64,000 bases of DNA, from contig CAVUUX010000003.1 of assembly GCA_963744705.1 (NCBI GenBank), positions 194,706 to 258,705 of the forward strand, given 5' to 3'. Under the pieces are notes generated by a model. That model did no database searches and was not told the origin of the DNA. It saw nothing but the letters and a program-made list of their open reading frames with translations. Position numbers and translations under genes: made by a program. Position 1 is the first letter of the stretch. Each line of letters begins with the position of its first letter. This document shows positions 18,215-28,688 of the stretch, piece after piece. Origin of the DNA: Ilumatobacteraceae bacterium. Lineage in GTDB: Bacteria; Actinomycetota; Acidimicrobiia; Acidimicrobiales; Ilumatobacteraceae.

Positions 18215-20750
18215 GTGATCGACATCGATGCGGCACTGGCCGCACTCAGCCTGGACGACAAGTGCGCACTCGTGGCGGGACGCTCGACGTGGCGGACGCA
18301 TGCGTTCCCCGACGCGGGCGTGCCGCAGCTGAAGATGTCCGACGGCCCCAACGGCGTCCGTGGCGAGGGCCACGGCGGGTCGGGCACGCCCGGCGTCGTC
18401 GTTCCGGCCGGCATCACACTCGGCGCCACGTGGGACCCCGAACTCGTCGGCGAGATCGGCGCGCTGATCGGCACCGAGGCACGCCGCAAGGGCGCGCACA
18501 TCGTGCTCGGCCCCACCGTCAACCTCCATCGGACCCCCGTCGGAGGCCGCACGTTCGAGTGCTACAGCGAAGACCCCGAACTCACCGGCGCGCTCGCGGC
18601 GGCCTACGTCCGTGGCGTGCAGTCCCACGACGTGGCCGTCACGGTCAAACACTTCGCCGCGAACGACACCGAGATCGAGCGGATGAGCGTCGACGTCGAC
18701 GTCGACGAACGCACCCTGCGCGAGCTCTACCTGCGCCCGTTCGAGCGTCGCCGTGAAAGACGGCGACGCCTGGGGGATCATGAGCGCCTACAACCGCCTC
18801 GGCGGCGAGTTCTGCGCCCACAACCGCCGGCTGCTGACGGACATCCTGCGCGACGAGTGGGGCTTCGACGGCTTCGTCGTGTCCGACTGGTACGGCGTCC
18901 ACGACGCGACGGGCGCGGCGAACGCCGGGCTGAACCTCGAGATGCCCGGCCCGGTGCGCATCTACGGCAACAAGCTCGCCGCGGCCGTCGAGCGCGGCGA
19001 GGTCACCGAGGCGCAGGTCGATCGGCTCGTGCGCGACCTCCTCGTGCTCGCCAACCGCACGAAGGCCGACGAACGCTCGGCCGACGAGCCCGAGCAGTCG
19101 GTCGACGACCCGGCCGAGCGGGCACTCACCCGTCGAGCCGCCATCGCCGGCACGGTCCTGCTGCGCAACGACGCCGCGTCGACGGATCGACGGTCCTGCC
19201 CTTCGACGCCACCACGATCCGCTCGATCGCGATCATCGGGCCCAATGCGTCGATCGACCGATGCATGGGCGGCGGTTCCGCCAGCCTCACCCCGTTCGGT
19301 CACCGCACGTTGCTCGCCGCGATCACCGATCGTGTCGGCCCCGGCACCGCGACCGACGCAACCATCACCTACGAGCCCGGCGTGCGCATCGATCGACTGA
19401 CACCGGTCGTCCGCAAGGGACAACTGCTGCGTCCCGACGGCGAGCCCGGCCTGCGCGTGTCGTACGTGAACGGCACCGACTGGGACGGCGAGGTCGCCGC
19501 CGAGGAGACGTCGTCGACCTCACTCGTGCGGTTCTTCGGTTCCACGCCGCCGGGCATCGACCCTCGTGGGTTCGCCGCGCGCATCGAAGGAGCATTCGTC
19601 CCCGACGTCGACGGCCCGCACACGTTCGGCATCGTCACGCACGGGCCCGGTCGCGCTGGCCGTCGACGCCGGCAACGGCATGACCACGGTGGTCGAGGAC
19701 CCGAACATGGAGCTCCCCCGCAGCGAGGAGTTCTTCGGCTACGGCAGCGTGGAGGTCACCGAGACCATCGAGTGCACGGCCGGCGTCCCGGTGCCCGTCA
19801 CCGTCAAGTGGTCGACGACGGCCGGCAACGGGTTCGCCGCGATCCGGCTCGGCGTGCGCTCCCCCGAGCCCGCCGACCTCATGGACCGCGCCGTTGCCGC
19901 CGCAGCGGCAGCCGACATCGCCGTCGTCGTGGTCGGCACCAACGACGAATGGGAGACCGAGGGCCACGACCGCACGACGATGGATCTTCCCGGCCGCCAG
20001 GACGAACTGGTCCGCCGGGTCGTCGCCGCGAACCCACGCACCGCCGTGGTCGTCAACGCCGGCTCGCCGGTGACGATGGACTGGGCGGCCGACGACGACC
20101 CGACGCGCCGCCCGCGCCGTGCTCGACCTCGTTCTTCGCCGGCCAGGAGCAGGCCGAGGGTCTCGTCGACGTGCTGCTTCGGTGACGCCGATCCGGGCGG
20201 GCGCCTGCCGACCACGTTCCCGAAGCGGCTCGCCGACCATCCCGCGTACGTGCACCATCGCCCCGACCACGACAGCACCGGTGCCGGCACCCAGCGCTAC
20301 GGCGAGGGCCTGTTCATGGGCTACCGCGGGTACGACGCCCGCGACCTGGCGCCACGGTTCGCGTTCGGGCACGGCCTCAGCTACGGCAGCGCCGAGTGGG
20401 GCGAGGCCATCGGCGTCGGCGACCACGATCGGCGTCGACGGTTCCCGTCACCGTCACCGTGCCGGTGACCGCCACGGGCGAGCGCGACGCCACGGTCGTC
20501 GTGCAGGGCTACGTCGCACCGGTTGCGCCGAGCGCGAAGCGACCCCCCAAGGAACTCAAGGCATGGGCCAAGTCGGTCGTCGCCGCGGGAACCACGGCGG
20601 AGTCGGTGCTGGAGTTCGGCCCCGACGCATTCCACCACTGGGACACCGCGACCGGACGCCTGGATCGTCGAGCCCGGCGAGTACGACATCGTGATCGCAT
20701 CGTCGGCCGGTGTCGAGCACGCCCGCATCCGCATCACCGTGACGATCTGA
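18215..20750 (+). pseudogene. Glycoside hydrolase family 3 beta-glucosidase; about 7 frame breaks
   Basis: The pieces alternate between two frames. They read MIDIDAALAALSLDDKCALVAG...KMSDGPNGVRGE...GPTVNLHRTPVGGRTFECYSEDP...KHFAANDTE (18215-18745), KDGDAWGIMSAYNRLGGEFCAHNRRLLTDILRDEWGFDGFVVSDW (to about 19190) and ...IAIIGPNA... They continue with MDLPGRQDELVRRVVAANPRTAVVVNAGSPV, FFAGQEQAEGLVDVL, GGRLPTTFP...FGHGLSYG, ATVVVQGYV and WIVEPGEYDIVIASSAG, ending at 20750. Breaks lie near 18745, 19190, 19655, 20105, 20183, 20430 and 20655. Confidence 0.85.
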
Positions 20751-20762
20751 TCCCGCCACCAC

Positions 20763-20879
20763 CACCGCCCTGCGATGAGTTCCAGCGCGACCTGTCGCGC
20801 GCCCAGACTCATCGCTGGGGCCGACCACCGCCCTGCGATGAGTTCCAGCGCGACCTGTGCGCGCCCAGACTCATCGCTG
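20763..20879. repeat. Tandem direct repeat (2 copies, period 63) of a hairpin unit CACCGCCCTGCGATGAGTTCCAGCGCGACCTGT(C)GCGCGCCCAGACTCATCGCTG
   Basis: Copy 1 is at 20763-20817 and copy 2 at 20826-20879; they differ by one C. Each contains the inverted arms GCGATGAGT and ACTCATCGC. They are related to the 12699-12800 repeats. Confidence 0.8.
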
Positions 20880-20921
20880 CGCGGGCCGCGGAGGGTCGGC
20901 GCTGGGTAGCGTCGGGGCGGC

Positions 20922-21552
20922 ATGGCCGTGATCGTCGCGAACATCGTCACCGACCTCACGGACTGGCTCGACGAGTTCTCGTCGAACTGGTGGTTCCTGC
21001 TGATCATCTTCGCGGTCGCACTGCTCGACTCGGTGATCCCGATCGTTCCCGGCGAGACCACCGTGATCGCCGGTGGGGTGGCCGCCGGCGCCGGCAACCA
21101 GACGCTCGCCCTGGTGATCCTCGCGGGAGCACTCGGCGCCTTCCTCGGCGACAACCTCGCCTACACCATCGGCAACCGCTTCGAGCCGACGGGTCAGGGC
21201 ATGGGCCGCCCGCAAGCCGAACCGCGCGGACGCGACTCGACCAGGCCGGCCGACAGATCCGCAAGCGCGGCGGCCCGCTCCTGATCACCGCGCGGTTCAT
21301 CCCCGGAGGTCGCACGGTGCTGACCGTGTCGTCCGGGCTGACCCGCCAGCCGCGCCGCTGGTTCGCGACCTGGGTGGCGATCGCCGCCGTCATCTGGGCG
21401 ACCTACGCCGGCGGGCTCGGGTACCTGTTCGGTCAAGCGTTCGAGGACGACCACGCCATTGCGTTCTGGCTGGCATTCGGCACCGCGCTCGCCATCACGG
21501 CGATGATCGAGATCATCCGGTGGATCCGCGACCGGCGGACGTCCCACTGTGA
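20922..21552 (+). pseudogene. DedA-family membrane protein; 2-3 frame breaks, 3' end uncertain
   Basis: MAVIVANIVTDLTDWLDEFSSNWWFLLIIFAVALLDSVIPIVPGETTVIAGG...LGDNLAYTIGNRF. Breaks near 21195 and 21235 lead to ...KRGGPLLITARFIPGGRTVLTVSSG...IAAVIWATYAGGLGYLFG. The frame then runs without a stop into the next gene, so a further indel near 21540 and a stop at TGA 21550-21552 is inferred. Confidence 0.7.
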
Positions 21553-21589
21553 TTGCGCACGCCGAGGAGCACGACCGTACGCTGGGCGA

Positions 21590-22572
21590 ATGATTGCGCT
21601 GATCCCGGTACGTGACGGGGTGCTCCCCGCCGGCGCCGCCGAGACGATCAGCGAATGCGACGGCCACGCTCTCGTCGCGGGCAGCCGGAACCGGTGACAT
21701 CGACTTCGACGGGCTGGCGACCACGGCACTGCTCGTCGAACTCGGACCGGTCGAACCCGCCCGCTGGACCGCCGTGCTCGCACCGATCATCCGGCAACTC
21801 GCCGAGCAGGGCGTCGACACCGACATCGTCGTACTCCCCCACGCGCCCGACGGCCGCGACCTCGCACCGCACCTCGCGCTCGCCCTCGATCGGCCGCTGC
21901 TCGCCGGCGCGACCGAGGTCTCGTCCCACCGTGTCCGAGTCGCCCGCCGAGGTGGGCTCGAACTCCACGAGCAACGACCGATCGGACCGTTCGTCGCCAC
22001 GCTGCAGACCGGAGCCCGCGGGCCCGTCACCTTCGAGGGTCCGGCGACGATCGAGCGCATCGACGCTGCCGGGCGACACCGCGTCCACACACGATGCGCA
22101 GGTGGTCGAGGTGCTGCCCCCCGACGTGCGGACGATGGACCTCGCCGAGGCCCGACGGATCGTCGGTGGCGGCGCCGGCCTCGAGAGCGAAGCACGATTC
22201 GGACAGCTCGACCGGTTCGCCGCCTCCATCGGCGGCGTGATGGGTGCGACCCGGGTCATCACCGACCGGTCGTGGGTGCACCACGATCGCCAGATCGGCA
22301 CCACCGGCGTCGTCGTCGACCCCGTGCTCTACCTCGCGTTCGGTGTCAGCGGGGCAGTGCAACACACGAGCGGACTCGGACATCCCGACCACATCATCAG
22401 CGTCAACACCGACCCGCACTGCCCGATGATGGCGATGTCCGACCTGGCGATCGTCGCCGACGCCAACGAGACGCTCGACGAACTGCTCCGCCTGATCGAG
22501 TCGCCATCCGACGAGACGGCAGAGACCGACAGCGACGGCACCGCCGGCACGGGCGAGGCCACCCATGGCTGA
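21590..22572 (+). pseudogene. etfA: Electron transfer flavoprotein alpha-subunit-like (EtfA/FixB); two frame breaks
   Basis: ATG 21590 gives MIALIPVRDGVLPAGAAETISECDGHALVAGS. A break near 21690 is followed by GTGDIDFDGLATTALLVELG...VVLPHAPDGRDLAPHLALAL. A break near 22070 is followed by the FAD-binding C-terminus RRIVGGGAGLESEARF...GATRVITDRSWVHHDRQIGTTGVVVDPVLYLAFGVSGAVQHTSGL. Confidence 0.82.
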
Positions 22573-23878
22573 CGCGATGACCGCCGACGCCATCGTGGTC
22601 GGTGCGGGACCGGCAGGTTCCGCGGCCGCGACCGTGCTCGCCCGCCAGGGGTACTCGGTGATCCTGCTCGAACGCGGCAGCTTCCCCGGCTCGAAGAACA
22701 TGTACGGCGGCGTCGTGTACCCGCGCATCCTCGACCAGCTGCATCCCGAGTGGTGGCTCGAGGCACCGATCCAGCGATGGGTCACCCGCCGCTCGACGAT
22801 GGTGCTGACCGAGACCCAGGCGCTCACCGTCGACTTCCGCTCGACCAATTGGGGGAGCGCCCCCTACAACGGCGCCACCGCCTACCGCCCCGACTGGGAC
22901 CACTGGCTCGCCGGCAAGGCCGAGGCCGACGGCGCCCTGCTCGTGTGTTCCACCACGGCGACCGGCCTGCTGCGCGACGCACAGCGGCCAGGTGGTCGGT
23001 GTCACGACCGACCGCCCCGACGGCGACCTCCACGCCCGGGTGGTCATCGCCTGTGACGGCGTCAACAGCTTCCTCGCCAAGGAGGCCGGGCTCTACGGCG
23101 AGGTCGACGCGGCCAACTACACCGTCGGCGTCAAGGAGACGATCGCCCTGCCGAAGGACGTCATCGACGAGCGCTTCGGCGTGCGCGACCGCGACGGCGT
23201 CGACATCGAGATCCTCGGCGGCACCTCGGGCGTCAACGGCGGCGGGTTCATCTACACCAACCTCGACACGCTCGCCGTCGGTGTCGTGCTCAAGCTGCCC
23301 AAGCTCGGCGCGCAGAAGCTGCGGCCCGAGCAGATCATCGCCAACCTCAAGGCGCACCCGGCGATCGCGCCCACTCGTCGAGGGCGGCGAGATCAAGGAG
23401 TACTCGGCGCACGTCATCCCCGAGGCCGGCCTCTCGATGATGCCGAAGATGACCGGCGACGGGATGCTCGTGGCCGGCGACGCCGCCGCGCTGTGCCTGG
23501 CCGCCGGCATCTGGCTGGAGGGCGTCAACTTCGCGATGGCGAGCGGCATGTACGCGGGCGAGGCGGCCGCCGAGGCCCTCGCCGCGAACGACACCAGCGC
23601 CGCCGGTCTGGCCGGGCTACGAACGCCGGCTGAACGACACGTTCGTGCTCCGCGACCACCGCAAGCTGCGCCGGGCGCCGTCGCTGGTGCTGTCCGATCG
23701 GGTCCAGCACCTCTACCCCGACATGATCGCCAATACGGTCGAGCGCATGTTCCGCGTCGACAACCCGACACCCAAGCCCGGGCTGCGGCGCATCCTGAAC
23801 GAGGAACGCAAGCGCGCCGGCGTCAGGCTGCGCGACCTGGCCCGCGACGCGCGTGACGGCATGAGGACCTTCGGATGA
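22565..23878 (+). pseudogene. fixC: FixC-like FAD-dependent ETF-quinone oxidoreductase; three frame breaks
   Basis: MADAMTADAIVVGAGPAGSAAATVLARQGYSVILLERGSFPGSKNMYGG... It continues with VVIACDGVNSFLAKEAGL, GGGFIYTNLDTLAVGVV, EYSAHVIPEAGL...MLVAGDAAAL and a C-terminus ...VERMFRVDNPTPKPGL. Breaks lie near 22985, 23375 and 23620. The gene overlaps etfA by 8 nt. Confidence 0.82.
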
Positions 23879-24202
23879 GCACACCGCCGGTGAACACCGG
23901 GGCCGACCGGCGAGCGTTGGCCCGAGCTGTCGTTCGAGGACCTGATCGGCTCGACGCGTTTCGACGTCCACGAACGCGCCCACATCACCGTCGACGACAC
24001 GATCTGCGCCGACTGCTCGACCCGCGAGTGCGTCGTGGCCTGCCCGGCCAACCTGTTCGTGCCCACGAGCGACGGCGGCATCCTGTTCAACTACGAACAG
24101 TGCTTCGAGTGCGGCACCTGCTACCTGCTGTGCAACAAGGAAGGCGCCATCACGTGGACCTACCCCGAAGGCGGCCACGGGGTCGTCTTCAAGCGAACGT
24201 GA
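23875..24202 (+). pseudogene. fixX: FixX-like ferredoxin; one frame break
   Basis: ATG 23875 overlaps the fixC stop (ATGA). After a break near 23900 the sequence reads WPELSFEDLIGSTRFDVHERAHITVDDTICADCSTRECVVACPANLFVPTSDGGILFNYEQCFECGTCYLLCNKEGAITWTYPEGGHGVVFKRT, with the stop at 24200-24202. Confidence 0.82.
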
Positions 24203-24227
24203 GCGCACGGTCACCGGTGGCGATGTC

Positions 24228-25057
24228 GTGAGGATCACCGTCTGCTGGAAGTGGGTGTCGCTCGACCGCGAGCACGACGTCGACGAACGCTGGGCCGGCG
24301 TGTCCGCAGCCGACGAGGCCGCGCTCGAGGTGGCGCTCTCGGTGCGTGACGCGGTCGTCGACTGCGACGTGCAGGTGATCTGTCTCGGACCGCCCGAGGC
24401 CGACGACGTGCTGCGTGCCGCGCTCGCCGCCGGAGCGGACTCCGCCACGCGGATCGACGCCTCGCCCGAACTCGACGGGCGCACGGTGGCCGGCGCGATC
24501 GCCGATCACCTCCACGACGCCGACCTCGTGGTGTGCGGCGACTACTCGATCGACCGGGGCACGGGCTCGGTCCCCGCGTTCCTCGCCGCCGAACTCGGCG
24601 CGGCCCAGGCCCTCGGCCTGGTGGGCATCGACGTGACGACGGCGACCACCCTGCCCCTGCGCGTGGTGCGCCGGCTCGACGGCGGCCGTCGCGAAGTGCT
24701 CGACGTGCCACTCCCCGCCGTGCTCTCGGTCGAGGGATCGGTGGCGAGGCTCCGCCGGGCATCGCTCGCCGCATCGCTCGCCTCGCGTGGCACGTCGATC
24801 ACCGCGGTGGCCGGGCCCCCACGGTCGGCCGGCCGAGGCCGAGGTGCACCCGTACCGGCCGCGGGCCAGGACACTGCCGGCCCCGGCGGGTGACTCGCTC
24901 TCACGGGTGCAAGGCGATCCTCGACGTCGGCGGCCACGACGGGCATGCCGAGACGGTGACCCTCGACCCACCGGCGGCCGCACGCCGCATCCTCGACCAA
25001 CTCGACGAGTGGGGCTACGACACGCCGGTTCCGACGCTGAGCCATGCGCCTCGGTGA
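24228..25057 (+). pseudogene. etfB: Electron transfer flavoprotein beta-subunit-like (EtfB/FixA); two frame breaks
   Basis: MRITVCWKWVSLD...ADEAALEVAL...VICLGPPEADDVLRAALAAGADSATRID...DLVVCGDYSIDRGTGSVPAFLAAELG...LPAVLSVEGSVARLRRASL. Breaks near 24815 and 24905 lead to the C-terminus ...ETVTLDPPAAARRILDQLDEWGY, ending at 25057. Confidence 0.8.
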
Positions 25058-25789
25058 TGCGACGTGGACCGAGATCGACCGGGCGACGACACTCGGTCGG
25101 CGGTCCGACGACGGCACACTCGCACCGATCCTGCTGATCCCGGTCGGGTCGACCGAGCAGCACGGGCCCCACCTTCCTCTGGCGACCGACACGTTGATCG
25201 CCGAGGAGATCGCGGGGCGGGCGGTTCATCGCACCGACGGCCTGATGATCGGCCCGACGATCTCGGTCAGTGCGTCGGGCGAGCACGCCGACTTCCCCGG
25301 CACGCTGTCGATCGGAACGGCGACCACCACGGCCCTCGTCGTCGAGTTGGTGCGCAGCGCCGACTGGGCCGCCGGCGTGGTGCTCGTGAACGGCCACGGC
25401 GGGAACCACGGAGCCATCACCGACGCGGTGGCGACGCTCACCGCCGAGCGGCGCACCGGTGCTGGGGTGGTGGCCGTCGTGGCCGCGGCGCCTCGACGGT
25501 GGCCCCGCCGACCTGCACGCCGGGCGGATCGAGACGTCGATGATGCTGGCGATCGACCCCGGACTCGTGCGACTCGAACTCGCCGTCGCCGGCGCCGACG
25601 CGTCGCATCGACGAGTTGCGCACGCGCGGGGTACGCGCCGTCAGCGCCAACGGTGTGCTCGGCGACCCCGACGGCGCATCGGGACGTGAGGGAGAGAGGT
25701 TCATCACGGCGTTCGTCGACGACCTCGTCCATCAGATCGAGCGGTGGCGCCCGATCGACCCGCCGTCCGAACCGGTGTCGGACACCTGA
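25044..25789 (+). pseudogene. mftE: Creatininase-family protein, mycofactocin MftE-like; two frame breaks
   Basis: MRLGDATWTEIDRA...ILLIPVGSTEQHGPHLPLATDTLIAEEI...VLVNGHGGNHGAI. A break near 25455 is followed by GGPADLHAGRIETSMMLAIDPGLV. A break near 25605 is followed by IDELRTRGVRAVSANGVLGDPDGASGREGERF, with the stop at 25787-25789. The gene overlaps etfB by 14 nt. Confidence 0.75.
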
Positions 25790-27033
25790 TCGACGCCGTG
25801 CGATATCGACTCGACAGTTCGTGGCAGCGGTTCGACGGCATCGTGCATCGCCGGCTCACCGCTGCGACTGTTCCGCACGACCGCGGCCGGGAACGCTGGT
25901 GCTCGACCGGCTGCAGCACGGTGACGACGTGGCGGAGTCCGTGCTCGTCGACCGCTTGCTCGATGCCGGTGCGATCCATCCCCGACCCGAGGGCCCTGCG
26001 AAGCTCGGAATCGACGACGTCACGGTCGTGACCCCACAGTTGCGTGCCGAGGCCACGAGCCGGGCATCCGCCGACGGCCGCATCACGATCGACGACGGCT
26101 CGGTGCCGCCACTCGCCGGTGCGACCCGTCGCCTCCCGGTCACGAGCGGCCCGGCGGCGGCGCGGAACGCGGCGCGGCCGTTCATCGGGACCGAACTCGT
26201 GGCGTTCCTCGACGCCGACGTCGACGCCCCCGACGGCTGGCTCGAACCGCTGCTCGCCCACTTCGACGACCCGAAGGTCGGCCTGGTCGCCCCGCGGGTC
26301 ACCGGCGAGACCGGATCGCCGCTCGACCTCGGCGACGAGCCCGCCCGCATCCGCTCCGGCACGCGGGTGAGCTACGTGCCCGGCGCCGCGCTGGTCGTGC
26401 GGGTCGCCGCGTTCGACGCCGTCGGCGGGTTCGATCCGACACTGCGGTTCGGCGAGGACGTCGACTTCGTGTGGCGCCTCGACGAGGCGGGCTGGCGATG
26501 TCGATACGAACCCGCCGGCGAGGTCTGGCACGAGCCCCGCGCCACGTTCGGCGCCCGCCTGCGGCAGCACGCCGGCTACGGCACCTCGGCCGCTCCTCTG
26601 GCCCTCCGACACCCGGGCGCGCTCTCACCGGTGCGGTTCAACGGATGGACGGCGTTCGTGTGGGCGGCGATCGTCGGTGGCCATCCCGTGATCGGTGGCG
26701 CCGCGGCGATCGGGAGCTCGCTCGCCCTCGGCCGCAAGCTGCCCGACGTACCGAGAGCGGCATCGTTCGGGCTCGCCATGCGCGGGCACCTGCTCGCCGT
26801 ACGCCAGCTCACCGCTGCGGTGCGCCGGGCATGGTGGCCGATCGTCCTGGTCGGCTCGCTCGTCTCGCGACGGATGCGCTGGATCGCACTCGGATCGGTC
26901 GCTGGCCGACGTCCGGGCGACGCCGACCGACGTCGCCTACGGATGGGGCGTGTGGCGTGGCATGCGGCGCCACCGCACGTGGAGCCCGATCGTCCCGCGC
27001 GTCAGCGCATGGCCGGGGCGTCGGCCGACCTGA
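25744..27033 (+). pseudogene. mftF: GT2 glycosyltransferase, mycofactocin MftF-like; three frame breaks, start uncertain
   Basis: The pieces read YRLDSSWQRFDG, IAGSPLRLFRTTAAG and LVLDRLQHGDDVAESVLVDRLLDAGAIHPRP...DDVTVVTPQL. They continue with AARNAA...FLDADVDAPDGWLEPLLAHFDDPKVGLVAPRV...SYVPGAALVVR...FGEDVDFVWRL...YGTSAAPLALRHPG, followed by TM segments. The C-terminus is TDVAYGWGVWRGMRRHRTWSPIVPRV, ending at 27033. The N-terminal GSPxRLxR and LLDAGxxHPRP motifs and the C-terminal AYGxGxWxG motif match my recollection of M. tuberculosis MftF (Rv0696). Breaks lie near 25840, 25885 and 26900. Confidence 0.75.
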
Positions 27034-27606
27034 CCGCCGCCGACCGCGACCGCGACCGCGTCGACATCGTCGACTTCCTGGCGGGCCTCGACGAGCGCCT
27101 GACGGAGCCGTGCGCTGATGTCGTTGCAGTCGGCGCACCCCCAGATCGCGCTGTAGGCGATGCAGCCGAGGCAGACGGCGAACGCCGCTTCGAGCGTGGC
27201 GGCCGCGGCGAGCATGGCGATCAGCACCCAGCTGACCGCCGGAGCGTCGAGCAGCCAGGCGACCGAGGCCGAGCGCGGTGAATCCGAGGCCGATGGCCTG
27301 GGCGAAACGCTTCGGCGGGCCGGGAACCTGGCGGGAGTGGAGCCCGGCGCCGCGACGAGCCTCGACACGAGGTGTGGCGAACCGGGTGGCGAACTGGCCG
27401 AGCGGCGACAGGGTCGGCCCGGTGGCCACCCGGGCGAGGAAGCCGTAGGTGAGCGGGACCAGCATCCAGCCCTCGCGCACGATCAGGAACGCGAGCGCCA
27501 TCATCACGACGCCGGCTGCCACGATGCGAGCGGAGGTCTCGTTGACGGGGTCGGGGAACTGGAACAGCCGGCTCGGAGTCACGGGCCCGACGATTATCGC
27601 CGACAA
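26937..27606 (-). pseudogene. DUF4395-family membrane protein; one frame break, 3' end uncertain
   Basis: ORF 26809..27606 reads LFQFPDPVNETSARIVAAGVVMMALAFLIV...TYGFLARVATGPTLSPLGQFATRF...VPGPPKRFAQAIGLGFTA. A break near 27280 leads into ORF 26937..27368, which reads WLLDAPAVSWVLIAMLAAAATLEAAFAVCLGCIAYS...CADCND. The in-frame stop at 26937 would overlap mftF by 97 nt. Confidence 0.65.
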
Positions 27607-27759
27607 ATCCGATCAACACAGTCGGGTATCAAGGGACCGACCCGAGAATGCGCCGAATCCGGCGTTTGCGTCAGCGCTGATCGCCGCCCCCGACGTTGTC
27701 GCTGACACAGATCGTTGCTCACACGAATCTCGGGACGAGCTCGGCGCGCCACTACCGTC

Positions 27760-28688
27760 GTGGCGGTGACGATCAGGCTGACCATTCGCACCGCGCTGTG
27801 GCGCAGCCACGTGGCGAGCGTCGTCAACCGGCGTCGACGGTCTCGTTCCCGTGGTGAAGGGCAACGGCTACGGGTTCGGGCGCGTCGAGCTGGCCCGCTC
27901 GCATCGGAGTTCACCGACACGGTCGCCGTGGGCACGGTCCACGAACTCGACGGACTGCCCGATGGCCTCCACGCCGTCGTGCTCACCCCCACCCTCGTTC
28001 CGCCTCACGTCGACGTCGCCCGTGCTCACCGTCGGCAACCCGACCCACCTCGAGGCACTCTCGGGCTGGCCGGGCCGAGTGCTCGTGAAGCTCACGTCGT
28101 CGATGCACCGCTACGGGCGCGGCCACGAACTGCTCGACGACGCTCGACGACGCGGGGCTCGACGTGGTCGGCGTCAGCATCCACCCTCCACTCGCCGGGA
28201 CCGCCGACGATCACCGCCGCGAGATCATCGAGCTCGATCGACGGACTCGACCCCGCCGTGACGGTGTGGGTCAGTCACCTCGATCCCGTCACCTACGCCA
28301 CGCTGCCCGACGACCCACTCCTACCGCCTGCGGCTCGGCACGGGTCTGTGGCACGGCGACAAGTCGTTCCTGCACCTCGACGCCGACGTGCTCGACGTGC
28401 GACCGGTCGCCGCGGGCGAGCACGGCGGGGTATCGCCAGGAGCCCGTTGCCGGCGACGGCCACCTCGTGATGATCGGAGCCGGAACCGCCAACGGCGTCA
28501 CGCCCCTCGCCGACGGTCGCAGCCCGTTCCACTTCGAACGACGGCGCCTCGCTCTGCACGAGGCGCCCCACATGCACACCTCGATGGCGTTCGTCCCGAT
28601 CGGCGACCCCCTCCCCGCCATCGGCGACCGAATCGATCTGCAACGTCCACTCACGACGACGCTCGTCGACGAGTACGTCTGGCAGTGA
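27760..28688 (+). pseudogene. Alanine-racemase-fold PLP enzyme (YhfX/alanine racemase-like); about 7 frame breaks
   Basis: The pieces read TIRLTIRTALWRSHV, VPVVKGNGYGFGRVELAR (PLP-Lys motif), LASEFTDTVAVGTVHELDGL and VLTVGNPTHLEAL...LVKLTSSMHRYG. They continue with LDVVGVSIHPPLAGT, VWVSHLDPVTY, YRLRLGTGLWHGD...LDADVLDVRPV and GDGHLVMIGAGTANGV...LALHEAPHMHTSMAF...VDEYVWQ. Breaks lie near 27825, 27897, 28020, 28150, 28235, 28315 and 28430. Confidence 0.65.

Noticed and set aside
16609-18552. 647-aa reverse ORF; similarly 51589..53598 (+, 669 aa), 59961..61691 (-, upstream part) and 13910..15310 (+, 466 aa)
   Set aside because: All are antisense shadows of clearly coding genes (reductase, lgt/esterase, MBL hydrolase, methyltransferase) and contain no family motifs.
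20750-27760. Search for a mycofactocin precursor (short ORF ending ...C-G-V-Y), mftB, mftC or mftD next to mftE/mftF
   Set aside because: The ORF track and intergenic sequence show no radical-SAM CxxxCxxC protein, no LldD-like FMN dehydrogenase and no suitable short peptide. A tiny ORF broken by an indel could have been missed, so absence is not proven.
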